Under the pieces are notes generated by a model that saw nothing but the letters and a program-made list of their open reading frames with translations, searched no databases and was not told the origin of the DNA. A DNA stretch of 64,000 nt from Octopus bimaculoides (lineage: Eukaryota). Positions 1 to 12,527 of the stretch are shown in pieces (within the stretch, counting starts at the first letter, position 1; each line of letters opens with the position of its first letter). Location of the stretch: NCBI RefSeq assembly GCF_001194135.2, contig NC_068988.1:2620690-2684689 (forward strand), given 5' to 3'. Position numbers and translations under genes: made by a program.

Positions 1-38
<38 letters not shown>

Positions 39-105
39 TAGATAGATAGATAGATAGATAGACAGAGAGAGAGAGAGAGAGGGAGAGAGAAAGAGAAAGA
101 GAGAT
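1..105. repeat. Compound microsatellite (TA)n-(GATA)n-(GA)n
   Basis: Read directly from the sequence. Confidence 0.95.
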
Positions 106-1363
106 ATGGAAATATATATATATTATGTATATAAATATGTATATATATATATATTTATATATCAAAATAAGCAACATATATCTATATGTATGTATGTATA
201 TATGTATATGAGGAAGAAAAAGAAGAAAGAACTAGAAGGAAGTGAAGGAGAAGGAGAAGAAGAAGAAGAAGAAGAAGCATTGACAATGTAAAAAGGCTTT
301 TATATTGTCAAAGTGTAATGGAAAATGTCTCTGTGTTTTGTGGTGTCAGATTTTTCTTGTGTAATTGATATGATGACAGCCATTCTCAGACAAGGAAAAA
401 ATATATCAATTTTCAACAACAATGACCAACTTCTTCAAGTAGGAATTTTGCATTAATGAAGCATCTGTGAAAAATACCTTCAAGGTGTTAACAGAATTTA
501 AAATACAAAACATTTGAGCTTCTCCAATAAACATAGAAACAAAAAAAAAAACCCGAAAAAACAACAGAATGTTACCTTATTGTCTAACATCTTTTATTGT
601 TATTTTCCTTTTTTTTTTTTGATAATATGTTAATACATATTTTGATAATTAAATTTCATTCTTAATTGAATTTCAGTAATTTTAAATCAGGAATGAAGAT
701 ATATTAGAGCTAAGAATTGTGTTACAATCCTAAATTGAAATAAGGAAAAATATGTGTAGAAGAAAAACAAATAAAGAATATGTAGTTTTGCAAATGTGAT
801 TTTTGCTTCTGCTCTCAGTAAAGAAATGTTTACACGAGAAATTAAGTTTCAGATTTATGGGAAAGAGAATAAACGAAGTTGTGATCTACACTCATAACTC
901 AATAACTGTTAGTTGTACTAAAATTACGAGCAGAGTTAATGTATCATTGTTATTTATATGGGAAACTATGTTGCAAATGTATTAAAATAGCTGCTACAAC
1001 CAAGTCATTAATCCATCTATGATTCAAGATTATAGCTAGTTCCTTCTCTTTAATCTCTACTCTCTTGATCCTCTGACTCCTATTATAATTCCATTCACAT
1101 TTAGGTTGCTTCACAGGCATATTGTATCGATCAAGTACTTGACTGGTATTTTATGTTGTTGACCCGAGAAGGATCAAAGGCAAAGTTGACCCCAGCAGGT
1201 TTTCAGAGCCTAAACCATATACTACAGTATTTTGTCGAAAGCTCAAATAATTCTTCCAAGTTGTTTGATTAATGGAAATACACAAAATTACTTATAAATG
1301 GCTGAGTACTACACAGGTGCAAGTAGTCAGCAAATATATTTATCGTTATTATAATTCTTGTAG

Positions 1364-1552
1364 ACATCAGGGTTAGATGAGAATCCCTTGGTCATGACAG
1401 AGGAGGAGTTATCACATGAAGATGGGGACTGACTAGAAAGTTTGCTTGGAAGGTTTTCGGAGAGGATCTGGGAATGTACTGAGAAATGAAGAGTGCAGCA
1501 ATGAACTGCAATGGGAATGCTCCCCCCCCACCCATCTGACCTGATCTGGTAA
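1364..1552 (+). other. Coding-like segment, unresolved (terminal exon or decayed TE ORF)
   Basis: Follows ttcttgtag. One frame reads TSGLDENPLVMTEEELSHEDGD*LESLLGRFSERIWECTEK*RVQQ*TAMGMLPPHPSDLIW*, with three in-frame TGA codons. No family recognised. Confidence 0.2.
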
Positions 1553-1715
1553 CCCTTGTATAAAGTCATTGTGGCACAGAATGTGATAAACTTTCAGCTT
1601 TTCAATTACAAGTTCCATCCAATCCAAATGTAATTTACACAGTTTCTATTTCATTTGATTGACAAGGTTTGAGCCAACCGAAGACTTTCCGAGGAAACAT
1701 TTTCCAAATGTGACA

Positions 1716-2180
1716 AAGGCACAGGTGTGGCTGTATGGGTAAGATGCTTACTTTACAACCATGTGCTTTCAGGTTCAATTCTACAGCATGGTACCTTGGG
1801 CAAGTATTTTCTTCAATAGCCAAGGGTTGACTGAAACCTTGTGAATGAATCTGGAAGATGGAAACTGAAAGAAGCCGGTTGTGTTTATATATATGTGTGT
1901 GTGTGTGTATGTGTGTATGTGCATGTGTGCATGTGTGTATGTATACACTTGTCTTGGTGTATGCAAATGAGCATCATGGTCATACAAGCAGTGTTCTTTG
2001 TTTCCAGCCTTCAGTGAAAAACATGACTGGCTATGGAGAAATATTACTTTGCTTGGAAACAGGTGATGGTTGGTGACAGGAAGAGTATCCAGCTGTAGAA
2101 AATCTGCCTCAACAAATTCTACTGGACCCATTCAAGCATAGAAAAGTGGGCATTGAAACAAAGAAGGTGGTTTTATGATG
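1716..2180 (+). mobile_element. tRNA-headed SINE (family C head) with RTE-type 3' tail
   Basis: Head gtggctgtatgggtaag...ggttcaattc...ccttgggcaagt, an internal (TG)n, then ggaagagtatccagctgtagaa...gcatagaaaagtgggcatt. The same layout recurs at 25325-25850. Confidence 0.7.
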
Positions 2181-3884
2181 ATGGTGTGTAGTGGAATTGA
2201 AACCAGTATCTCATACTTGTGAAGCAGCTTTCAAAACCTGTTCATCATTCCTGCACCCTATCTTTACTAATATCACAAGGAAAAACATTAATTAAACCAT
2301 TTCTGTTGAATCATTTCCATTATTTAATAAAATTGATTACTGATTTTTTTTTCTGTTGTGTCAGAAGAATATTAGAATTTATTCATCACCATTCTCAGGG
2401 ACTTTGAGACTGGTGGAATGACACGAAGAGGTTGTCTTAAGAACAGAGACCAGACCTGAATCCTCACAATAGAGAGAACCATGCTAAAAGCACCCAAAGT
2501 CTAACTTTTGGGTTAAGAACAAGAAATGTCCCTTGAATAGGCTTCCACATAAACCCACTAATATTAGAGGCTAAAATCTGTATAATACATTATTTTCAAT
2601 GCTTGTGCCACACTAGCAGCACAAAGAACAATAAGGAAAATTCTGTACCATTTATTTCTCAATTAATTTGCTTCTTCAGTGTTCACAGGGAAAAGTAAGA
2701 TGCTTTCTGCTGTGAATGTCGAGGAGGTGAATCAATTGTCTTCCAACATCTGGTTAATTGTCTTGTGTAAAAACGACAGACACTTACTGAAATGTGTGTT
2801 TTATAAAGCTGAAAACACCAATTACATTTTCTGTGTATATCATTAGTATAATGTAACTTGAATTATGTATGCTAGCCTCTCCAGAGGTTTGATGACTTTT
2901 GTCTAACCATACTGGACATAAGATCAAAATGCTTTTCAATACACTTTTATACAATATGTAATATATATATACATTGTTCAATGTGTCCTATTTTTAAGGC
3001 AGTAGGGTTTAATAAGGGAGGTTTAGCAGTTATTTCAAGCAAGGTGAGCAACTACATAGAGTTTTCTCATTGGTTCAAATGTAAGGAGTATGGTCCTCCA
3101 TAGTAGTAAGGCATGAACATTTAATATGGAAGGCCACAGAGAAATAAAATAAACTGTTATCCTAGACTGTGACTCTACATGAGAGACAGACTATTAGTAA
3201 ATTGAGGCATTAAAGGCAATCAAATTTAACAGGTGGAATGTCTGCACTGAAGTGGAACTAGTGATGGGAAAGAGACAAGAAATACTGGGTGAAAGAGTGC
3301 AATGAGCTTTTGATAGAGGATATTTTGTAAAAAGATGACCTAAGAAGATATGTTTAGATGCGGGGAGATGTGTTGTGAAGTTGAAATTACAACAGGTCAT
3401 CTTTGTCTTTCATCTCTCTGGAGATGATAGATTAATTTTCAAACATACCCTGAATCAATTCACTTGACTATATCCTCTCCAATAAATGGATGGCTTTGTG
3501 CCAACTTATGAAATTATTCTTCTTCAAATATCAAAACACACAATTCTTCTGAAAGAAAGAATCATATAATTCTATAATGAACCTCATTTACACTTACTTT
3601 TTTTTTTAATCTTTTGAGAATGTTTGTATTCTTTTTTTAATATTTTCCAAGGCAGTTTACATAAACTGAACTCAGAATAAGCTACATTTCTTCAACCAAT
3701 ATTTAATCTGTCTCACTCCTGATTACATTACTAAAATACCTCTTCGATTGTTTTACATTTTCTAATCAATTGCATCAGTGAAAAAGAAAAGAGAAACTTC
3801 TGTTATAAATTCAACAGTGTTTCTAAAAGGTTTAGTGAGAAAAATTGAGAAAAATATATAAAATATATAGCTGTCTGTTTGAAA

Positions 3885-4222
3885 ATCTCACTTTGGAGCC
3901 ATGTAGCCTTCTTTTGGTTCAGTCCCACTGTGTAGCACCAAGAGCAAGTGTCTTCCACTATAGCCTTAGGCTAATTAATAACTTGTGAATATTATATATA
4001 TATATATATATATGTATATTTTTGTGTGTCTGTGTTTGTCCCCCGCCTACCATCACTTGATAATTGATGTCGGTGTGTTTACGTCCCTGTAACTTAGCAG
4101 TTCGGCAAAAGAGACCAATAGAATAAGTACTAGGCGTACAAAGAATAAGTCCTAGGGTTGATTTGTTTGACTAAAGGTGGTGCTCCAGCATGGCTGCTGT
4201 ATAGAGACTGAAACGAATAAAA
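3885..4222 (+). mobile_element. tRNA-headed SINE, family C
   Basis: ggttcagtcccactg...tgtttgtcccc...gtccctgtaacttagcagttcggcaaaagagacc...ggtgctccagcatggc; shared with several copies in the window. Confidence 0.8.
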
Positions 4223-4689
4223 GAATATATATATGTAAATATATATATACATATATGTATATATATACATATATGTATATATATACATATATGTATATAT
4301 ATACATATATTGTTGCCCTTTGATTTTGCATTGCAACACTGTCTGATTGCTTGTTCATTGCTGCTGTCTGCTGTATCAGCTCTCTTTTCTGAGGTACCTA
4401 AAAGGCACAGAATACATAGCAATGCTTTTGGTCAGAAAAGTGTGCCATAGATGAAATTTTTATTATATCCGGTTCCAGAAAATGTCTTGAATGGTCAGAT
4501 TTTTTTAATGATTTTGGTAATATTTGACCAAATTGTAATCATGTTCTTTAGTTTTTTCTGTTTTTTTTTTTTACATTGGATATAATGGTTTGGATTTGAT
4601 TTCTAAGTTTTGTAATTGCTAAATATTCCTGCTACACATTCATCCATAAATACATACATGTATTTATGCATACATACACATGAGATAGA

Positions 4690-5085
4690 GAAGAGGAACT
4701 GTGCACAGTTGTGGAAATCAGCTGCCCATCGGATGTTAACATGAAGCTGAAGATCAATGAAAAAGAGAACACCTATGCAGAACTATTGAGAAATCTGCAG
4801 TTACTCTATCCAGAATACAAATTCAGGTTTATACCTGTAATTATTGGGGCCCTGGGATATGTAACACACTGCCTAAATACCAATCTTGAGAAATGAGGCT
4901 TCTCAGGACCAGAAAGGAGAAATCTGATTTGAAGACTACAGATCCGGTCCATCACTGGAACTGTAAAAATCTGTAAAACTTTCCAGAAGTTTATCATTTA
5001 AATATATATGAGGATGTCTAGATATGCAACTATACACATGAGAATACATGCATAAAGCAAAACATACAAATCTGCATACATACAT
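4690..5085 (+). mobile_element. 5'-truncated non-LTR retrotransposon with restriction-like endonuclease (R4/Dong-like) C-terminus
   Basis: Translates to CTVVEISCPSDVNMKLKINEKENTYAELLRNLQLLYPEYKFRFIPVIIGALGY...RLQIRSITGTVKICKTF. This matches the typical RLE-clade pattern (IE.xCP...EK..KY..L...PIVIGALG). It has internal stops and is followed by (CATA)n. Confidence 0.8.
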
Positions 5086-6029
5086 ACATACATACATACA
5101 TACATACATACACACATGTGTACATGCATACATACATGCAAACATACATGCTTACATGAATGCATGCACATACACACATGCATATACACATATATTAATA
5201 CATTGTCTAATGCATCCTTTAAGGTGAGAACTGAAGAAAAATTGACTGCTATGTCTAGCAAGATGAAAGACCATGTAGATACTTCCTTATTGGTTCACAA
5301 GAAAATATAAATGTGAAACAAGAGTACCTAAAATAATACCAATAATGTCTTTACTATTACAATTGAGATTTTTAAAAACATTTAATTTTATAAACATTTT
5401 TCTATCTTGTGTTATCCCGACTGGTGAATTTCGTGGATTATAGAATTATTTGCTGTTTTTGAGAACCTAAAGTCAGACAGACCATTTTAAATGTTTCTGA
5501 CTGGGTTTTATTGAATAAAACTGAATTTATACTTTGGATATTGTAGTTCCAGACTTTTCGTGAGTAGTGCAGAGATATCTGAGTTTTCTTTTTTATTTTT
5601 TCTGACAACATTGATATCAAGTCAGTTGCTGACTTTCACAACAAAACACATATTTATCATGAAGTTCCGGATAATAATAATAATATGAAACCAGTTGTGT
5701 TTAAATTTATTTCAAGCTTTTTATTTTTAGATTCTATCAATATTCATGTCGCTGATATGTTTAAATATATTGGCGATCATCATCACGTAACTGATCAATA
5801 CAGGTGATCATTGTGTCCTTCTGAATGTCAAGGAAAAAGTAACACTTTGAAACATTCTCCAACAATTTCCCATTGTCTGACTAATGTCTTTAGTCTTGGC
5901 TTTGAAGATTCTATATTCTCTGTCATTTTACAAGTATTATGTCTTCTGTCCTTATTCGCTGTCCTTATATAAGTATTTTATTTTCTGTCTATATATATGT
6001 TATATTCTCTGCTTTTATATAAGTACTAT

Positions 6030-6530
6030 ATTCTCTGTCCAGACACGCCCACCACATCAGAATTTGTCCATAAGGGGCTCTATCCAATCAACCTTACCCC
6101 TACTCCACATTTCATCCCCTAACATCCACCACATCCTTTATCCCCCCAGAGCAGAATAGGCACATACTACACTCCCTCGTCCTCTTAATTACCGTTCCTC
6201 CTCCCCCAGTTACCTTACACCCTCACCTGCTGCCTCCACCAAACACCTCCTTTCCACGCTTACTCCCCCCACTCCTCCTTGCTGCTCTCCATCTTCAACT
6301 CCCCACCTGCTTCCTATCACCCTCCATGCCCTCGAACCTCTCCTATATTTCTCTCCATCATTTACTACAGTCACCTCATCCTGCCCACTCACCCAGCCCA
6401 AGCCTCTGTATCACTTCACCTAATTGCACCACCACCAATGTCCCGCAAGGACATGTCCCAACGCACCCCTACCATCATCTCCCTCATTCTCACTCCCTTT
6501 ATCTTACTCTTACACGAGAGAATAATCTCG
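6030..6530. repeat. Unclassified C-rich interspersed repeat fragment
   Basis: Composition and motifs resemble 21050-21390 and 55140-55260; preceded by degenerate tattctctgtc repeats. Class not determined. Confidence 0.3.
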
Positions 6531-6534
6531 TGTT

Positions 6535-6934
6535 ACGTCAATGTAGACTGGCCATCACTTTCCGCAGACTTGACAAGCCCAGATTTTTTCTTATGGGGAT
6601 ACTTGAAAGAGAGGATTTACGTCCCCAAACCAAAGACCCTGGTGCAACTGAAGGGGAACATCAATAGAGAACACAAGAGAAGTGGGGTCTGAAACTCTTG
6701 AGGGTGTGATGGTGCGAGTTTTGGGAAGTGCACGGGCGTGCAAAGCCGTAAATGGATTGCCATTTAAGCGATGCCATTTTTTGTATGTGATGTAGTGGTG
6801 TTGCAAAATTTGACATATGAAAATTAATTTCCATTATGTCTTTTATATTGTATCAAACTTTCATGCATTTATTTGTAAAGTTAAGGAAGTTAATAAAAAT
6901 TGAAATCCATCAGTGACTCTTGGGACACCTTGTA
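6535..6934 (+). mobile_element. Tc1/mariner-superfamily transposon, 3' fragment
   Basis: WPSLSADLTSPDFFLWGYLKERIYVPKPKTLVQLKGNINRE matches the WPPRSPDLTPLDFFLWGYLK catalytic motif. Ends in a TIR-like gactcttgggacaccttg followed by TA. Confidence 0.85.
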
Positions 6935-7194
6935 CTTCTTCTGTTGGGACAAACACAAAAGCACACTCACACGTATAGTTAGTCACACACACACACACAA
7001 ACACAATAGGCTATATATGTAATATGGTAAATTGAGGAAATGATCTAGCTTGATTTGCAGAAAAGAAGTGGGTATAAACTCCCTGCAGTAGAATTACTGG
7101 TAGGTTATCCAAAACTGTATAATTCGTATGCAATAGACGTACTAACATACCAGAAACTGAGTCTCTTAGATGCCCAGAAGGAAGCGACAGCTTT

Positions 7195-7430
7195 TGTTAC
7201 CTGTGAGATGTAATTAGCAGCGAGGGAGGTGTCACTCTGAAAGCATGGTAGCCAGAGTAAGAACGGAGTGAAAAAAGTTCAGTACCAGGGATGGCAATAA
7301 GGTGTTTTCCCACAGAATGAAAAGCAGATTGTACAATGCTTGTGTTAGAACGGCAATGCTGTGTGGTAGTGAGATATGGGCCTTGAATGCAGAAAACCTA
7401 AGAAGACTGGAAAGAAATGAAGTTAGCATG
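7195..7430 (+). mobile_element. RTE-clade LINE ORF2 fragment
   Basis: VARVRTE*KKF...RMKSRLYNACVRTAMLCGSEIWALNAENLRRLERNEVSM, the typical post-RT region of RTE elements. Confidence 0.8.
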
Positions 7431-7899
7431 TTCTTTTCAATGCACAGTGTAAGTGTGCTTTAATGGGGTTGATTTGTTCGACTAAAGGCAGTGCTCCAGC
7501 ATGGCCACAGTCAAATGACTGAAACAAGTCGAAGAATAAAAGAACACACACAGTAAGTATCTCTGCATACGAAGAGGATTGTCCAAGAAGCATTCTTGAA
7601 TGGTGTTCTTTTGCAATTCTGCTGACTTGTATTTTGTTACAAATAAGAGAAGCAACTTTCACACACCAACTTCCCATCGTTTATAATGGATTTTATAAAA
7701 AATATTCTTTGCTACACAGAATTTCATTCGTAAACCCTTGACTGACATCGTTCGCCCATCCCTGCCACCACCAACACCGCCCTCAGTACTAATACTAATG
7801 CCATGCACAGGCTGAAAAGGGAAAAGGGAAAATTGCTGGCTAATATGTATACAGAATGTAATTATAAAATTGCACCTGCTTCTAATGCTTTCATTACAG

Positions 7900-8000
7900 G
7901 TAAGAGGCTTCAATCAAACGAAATAAACGATTTCAGATAATATTATCTAATCAAAAGAAAAATGTATGGTATTCTTTCTTTGTTTTCTTTTTATTTTCAG
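7900..8000 (+). other. Intron-like 101-nt segment (candidate splice sites)
   Basis: CAG|gtaaga donor, a tctaat branch-like motif, a long pyrimidine tract and ttttcag| acceptor. The flanking frames give only a short ORF. Confidence 0.3.
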
Positions 8001-8268
8001 ATCAGTTCTTAACTAAATTTTTGACGTCACAGCTAGTTAAATACCTGGCATTGTAAATATCAATCATTTGCTTGTTCTAGACACTTGGCTATCAAGTAAT
8101 GATATCTCTCTCTGTTTGTATTGATTCACATTGCACTTGATCAGTTCAAATACCTATGTTATGCCTGGCTTTACATAACTGAGACTGCTCAGTTCATTGA
8201 ATCTATATTTTCTCCATTGAAAGTGCAACCATTTTACCATCTTCAGCCAATCGAAAATATTTTGCAAC

Positions 8269-8318
<50 letters not shown>

Positions 8319-8342
8319 TATATGTATGCGTGTTTGTGTATC

Positions 8343-8391
<49 letters not shown>

Positions 8392-8639
8392 CTCACTCTT
8401 ACCTTCACCTTGCTTAACTAATTAAATAATGGCTTTTTAGCACCAAAGATACACTTCTATTTGTTGTTTTTCCTCCATTTTCTGATCGTCTATATATACA
8501 TTAAACTACGGTGTACCTTCTTAAATTACCTGCTGCTGTATAACCTTATACCAAGGACCATACTTACAGAGGTAATTACCAGGAGTGCCTCTGGATACTT
8601 CTATCCCTTAAAGGGCTTAAGCACCTCTAACTTATACCT

Positions 8640-8683
<44 letters not shown>

Positions 8684-9419
8684 GTATGTTTATATGTATT
8701 TACATATATATACAAACTGGATTTGAATGAAAACTGATAACACTGTTAATTACAAGGCCAATGAAGCATCTTTGATTGAAGTGAGATTTTTAGGTTATTT
8801 AAGTGTATCTTTGAGTAAGACCATACATATTAACCTGATGCCAGTTTTAGGTTTACATGGCAGTAACCATTATCAGCAGAGTCAGCTCTTCTCAGGTAAA
8901 CTAGATAATTACCTAAATGTACTAAAAGTGGGGTTTAGGGGGTGGCATACACACTCTGGAAAACTCAGACAAAATTTCTTAATTCAGTTAAAAGCACTAA
9001 AGCTACAGTAAAAATACAAAGGGGAGGGATTTCTGCAGGTCCTTCTGCCAATCACAACAAAGTATATCCTATAAAAAATTGTATATTAAGTTCCCAATTA
9101 AACTATGGTTTTCCTAGATATATTCCAGATATATAAAAAGAATAGAGGAAGTAGGGTTAGTCCCAGAAGAGAGGAGGATGGAGGATAGAGGTGGGTTTGG
9201 AAGAGAGGGTTTAGTGGTTTTTATGAATTGTCATGTGATTTGATGTGAAACACTTCAGCCAGAAAATAGATTTACTTGGTGATATTTCTGGTCATAAAAC
9301 TGTCTTGTGTAAAAATTATAATGTTCTGATTGCAATTTTCAGTGGGAGAATCATGTCTGGAGGAGGTTGTGGAAAAAACAAATAGGAAAGGGGCCTCACG
9401 TATGCCTTAATATAACAGC

Positions 9420-9590
9420 CAGGCATGGGTGCAGGGTTAAAATGTTCATTTCCCAACCACAAGACTTTGGGTTCAGTCACACTGCCCTGTAACTTGGGTA
9501 AATGTTTGCTACTTTTAGCCCAAGTTTAATCAAAGCCTTGTGAGTAGATTTGGTAGATTTGGCAGAGAAAAAATGAAAGGAGCTCTTCAA
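9420..9590 (+). mobile_element. SINE family C, 5' part
   Basis: ccaaccacaagactttgggttcagtc...aagccttgtgagtagatttggtag; similar to the other family C copies. Confidence 0.65.
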
Positions 9591-9786
9591 GTGTGTATGT
9601 GGGTGGATGGGTATTTGTATGAATTTGTGTCACCACGAGAAGGCATCATACAACAGATGTAGTATATTTCCAATGTAATATGATTCACTTGAAGTGTGTG
9701 AGGGCAAAAATGGAGAAGCAGAGACGGAATAACGGAATCATCGTCATTGCCATTGTTGTTGCTGCTGCCACTGTCATCACGGCCCT

Positions 9787-9865
9787 GCTTCCACTGCCCC
9801 GCTTCCACTGCCCCGCTTCCACTGCCCCGCTTCCACTGCCCCGCTTCCACTGCCCCGCTTCCACT
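9787..9865. repeat. 14-bp minisatellite (GCTTCCACTGCCCC), 5 perfect units plus a partial
   Basis: Read directly from the sequence. Confidence 0.95.
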
Positions 9866-9889
9866 TATTGCTTTTCCAAATTTCCCAAC

Positions 9890-10580
9890 TTTTAAGCAAG
9901 CAAAGGCATCATATGAGATGCTTCAGTGCAAGACAACCAGCTAAAGAACCTCACACTTCTGAAACTGAACTGACTGCCAGATTCTATTTGTACTGTACCA
10001 TTTCTCTTTAACCATTCTAAAAACTATTTTTCAAAACTATTTGATAGAAATATTAAATAACATCATATATTCTGTGCCACTTTTCATAAAATTGACATCT
10101 AAATTACGGAATTTCTCTGAGAATTCTCTCATCTGATAAACTTGTCAACTGTCGCAGCATTAGAAGAAAGTCGGCACTTAATTCTCTGTTTATGTCTTCA
10201 AATCAAGCAACTCTAAGATTTCGTTTACTATTAGAACAATAATTTCATTAGTCAAATCTTGTCTATACTTTGAAATACTTCCTTTTAATTGAAATTGTCT
10301 TGACAGATCTATTCTGGCCATATATGGCAACATCCCAAATGGATATAATATAGGACATAAGGTACACTGGTCACTGTTTAGATAATTGAACTGGTGAAAC
10401 TTCTTGTGACAGTGAATGAGGAGTTTTTAATTAAAGTTTAGATGCTCTTAAGTTTACACATCAAATGATCTTTCGTGGCAACCAATCTTTTATATGATAG
10501 CTTCCCCAAAGAGAAAGGTTCACCATTCTCTTCAGAATCAGCATCTTCTACAAACCTGAATGGTTGATAACGCTTTCAAA
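9890..10580 (-). mobile_element. Heavily decayed coding-like remnant, probably a TE
   Basis: Minus-strand frames give protein-like stretches (e.g. FVEDADSEENGEPFSLGKLSYKRL, FLLMLRQLTSLSDERILREIP) broken by many stops. No diagnostic motif. Confidence 0.2.
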
Positions 10581-10617
10581 GCTTAAGTACACCATACAGT
10601 AGAGGGCTGCAATTGCT

Positions 10618-10729
10618 GCACTTAATAACCTCATGGTCTGCACTGAATAACCTCGTGGACTGCACTTGATAACCTCATGGTCTGCACTTGATAACCTCGT
10701 GATCTGCACTTGATAACCTCGTGGTCTGC
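10618..10729. repeat. 22-bp minisatellite (GCACTTGATAACCTCGTGGTCT), about 5 units
   Basis: Read directly; few substitutions between units. Confidence 0.9.
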
Positions 10730-11107
10730 AAAGAAAAGGAAAAACAAAAGAAGTTTTGGATTATTTATTATCTTTTACTTATTCCAGGCATTGGATTGTG
10801 GTAGTGCTATGCTGAGGAATTGTCCTGAAGGATTTAGTTGAAGAAATTGACTGCAGCATATATTTTTTGGAATTCAGTATGTGCTCTCTCAGTCTCTTTT
10901 ACTGAAGTTATGTTATGGGGATGTAACCTAACCAGCACCAGTTACTACCAAATAGTGGTGAGGAACATACACAAGCACAAAGACATATGCACATTCGCAC
11001 ACATGCACATATTCACATACACACACACATACACATGCACACAAACATATGTAAACACACACATACATGTATATATAGATATGTGCGTATATGTATGTTG
11101 GTATGTA

Positions 11108-11154
<47 letters not shown>

Positions 11155-11157
11155 GTA

Positions 11158-11582
11158 TCATCATCATCATCATCGTTTAACATCCACTGTCCATGCTGGC
11201 ATGGGTTGGATGATTTGACTGAGGACTGGCAAACTGAGAGGCTGCACCAGGCTCCAATCTGATCTGGCAAGGTTTCTAAAGCTGGATGCCCTTTCTAATG
11301 CCAACCACTCTGAGAGTGTAGCAGGTGCTTTTTACATGCCACTGGCATGGGAGCCAGTCAGGCAGCACTGGCACTGACCACACACACAAATGGTGCTTTT
11401 CACATGCCACCAGCACAGGTGCTAGTCAGGTGACACTGGCATCAGGTCACACTCAAATGGTGCTTTTTACATGCCACTGGTATGGAAACCAGTAAAGTGG
11501 CACTAGCATCGACCATGCTTGAATGGTACTTTTTACATACCACCGGCTTGGGTGCCATTCAGTCAACACTGGTATCAGTGCC
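11158..11582 (-). mobile_element. RTE-tail repeat (family A) with 4 internal ~65-bp units
   Basis: (CAT)n tail + gtttaacatccactgtccatgctggcatgggttgga...ctggatgccc...ggtgcttttacatgccac units. Confidence 0.85.
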
Positions 11583-11590
11583 ATGTATGA

Positions 11591-11666
<76 letters not shown>

Positions 11667-12375
11667 ACATAGATTCAACAACCAGCTAGAGCTGGTTAGA
11701 GCTGCTATCCCAGCAATGTGTTGCTTTATCTTCTTCCTTCTGTTTCATTTCTGCTACAATAGAACTAAACTCTGTAGCGCTTTTCTCATCCAAACCAAAC
11801 AGAAGCATATTTCCTGCATTATTCCATTATAATCCTTCGAGGCAAAAATTACAATCCACTGAATTTTTGTTCTTCTCACATTTTCCAACTCATTAACCCA
11901 CAAAATTTCTATGTGGAGCCCCAGCCAGACTGACATCACAAGTCAGGAGGACATTACTGCTTCTTGTAGTGCAAGATGGCGGTAGTGGTTGTGGTGGTGT
12001 TGGCTGCTGCAGTCATAGTAATGGTGGTTTATTGACTAGCGAGAGAATCTGATGAGGAGGGCCTTTCTAGGACAGTTTACAACTTGTGCAAAGGTTGACC
12101 GATTCTGCTAAGAAAGTAAGAGACAACTTGTATCTTTAGAACAAAGAAAATAAAGACAATCCTCTGACCCCAACTCTCTGTCTGTCTCTGTCTCTCTCTT
12201 TCTCTGTCTGTCTCTGTCTCTCTCTGTCTGTCTCTGTCTCTCTCTGTTTGTCTCTCTCCCTCTCTTTCTCTCTCTCTCGCTCTGCCTTTTATTTTATTCT
12301 ACACTTACACTGAAAAGGGTTAAAATATATTCTATTTAATATTGAACATTTAGTTCTGAACTCAGTTTCCATGAG

Positions 12376-12527
12376 TGTAAAGCATACTAATAAAGTACCT
12401 CAGTAAAGTACACTAGCAATGTACATTAGTAAAGCACTCTAGCAAAGCATGCTGGCAAAGTACACAAGCAGAGTACACTGGTAAATTACATTAACAAAGT
12501 ACACTATCGAAGTATGCTGGTAAGTAG
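12376..12527. repeat. Degenerate 13-bp minisatellite (consensus approx. AGTAAAGTACACT), about 11 units
   Basis: agtaaagtacact / agcaatgtacatt / agtaaagcactct / agcaaagcatgct / ggcaaagtacaca ... in register. Confidence 0.8.

Noticed and set aside
4317-4397. 81-nt minus-strand exon candidate (TSEKRADTADSSNEQAIRQCCNAKSK)
   Set aside because: Good acceptor, but only a weak GC donor (AGG|gcaaca) next to a microsatellite, and no recognisable protein.
6279-6692. 137-aa ORF
   Set aside because: Chimeric read-through from a C-rich repeat into a Tc1/mariner fragment.
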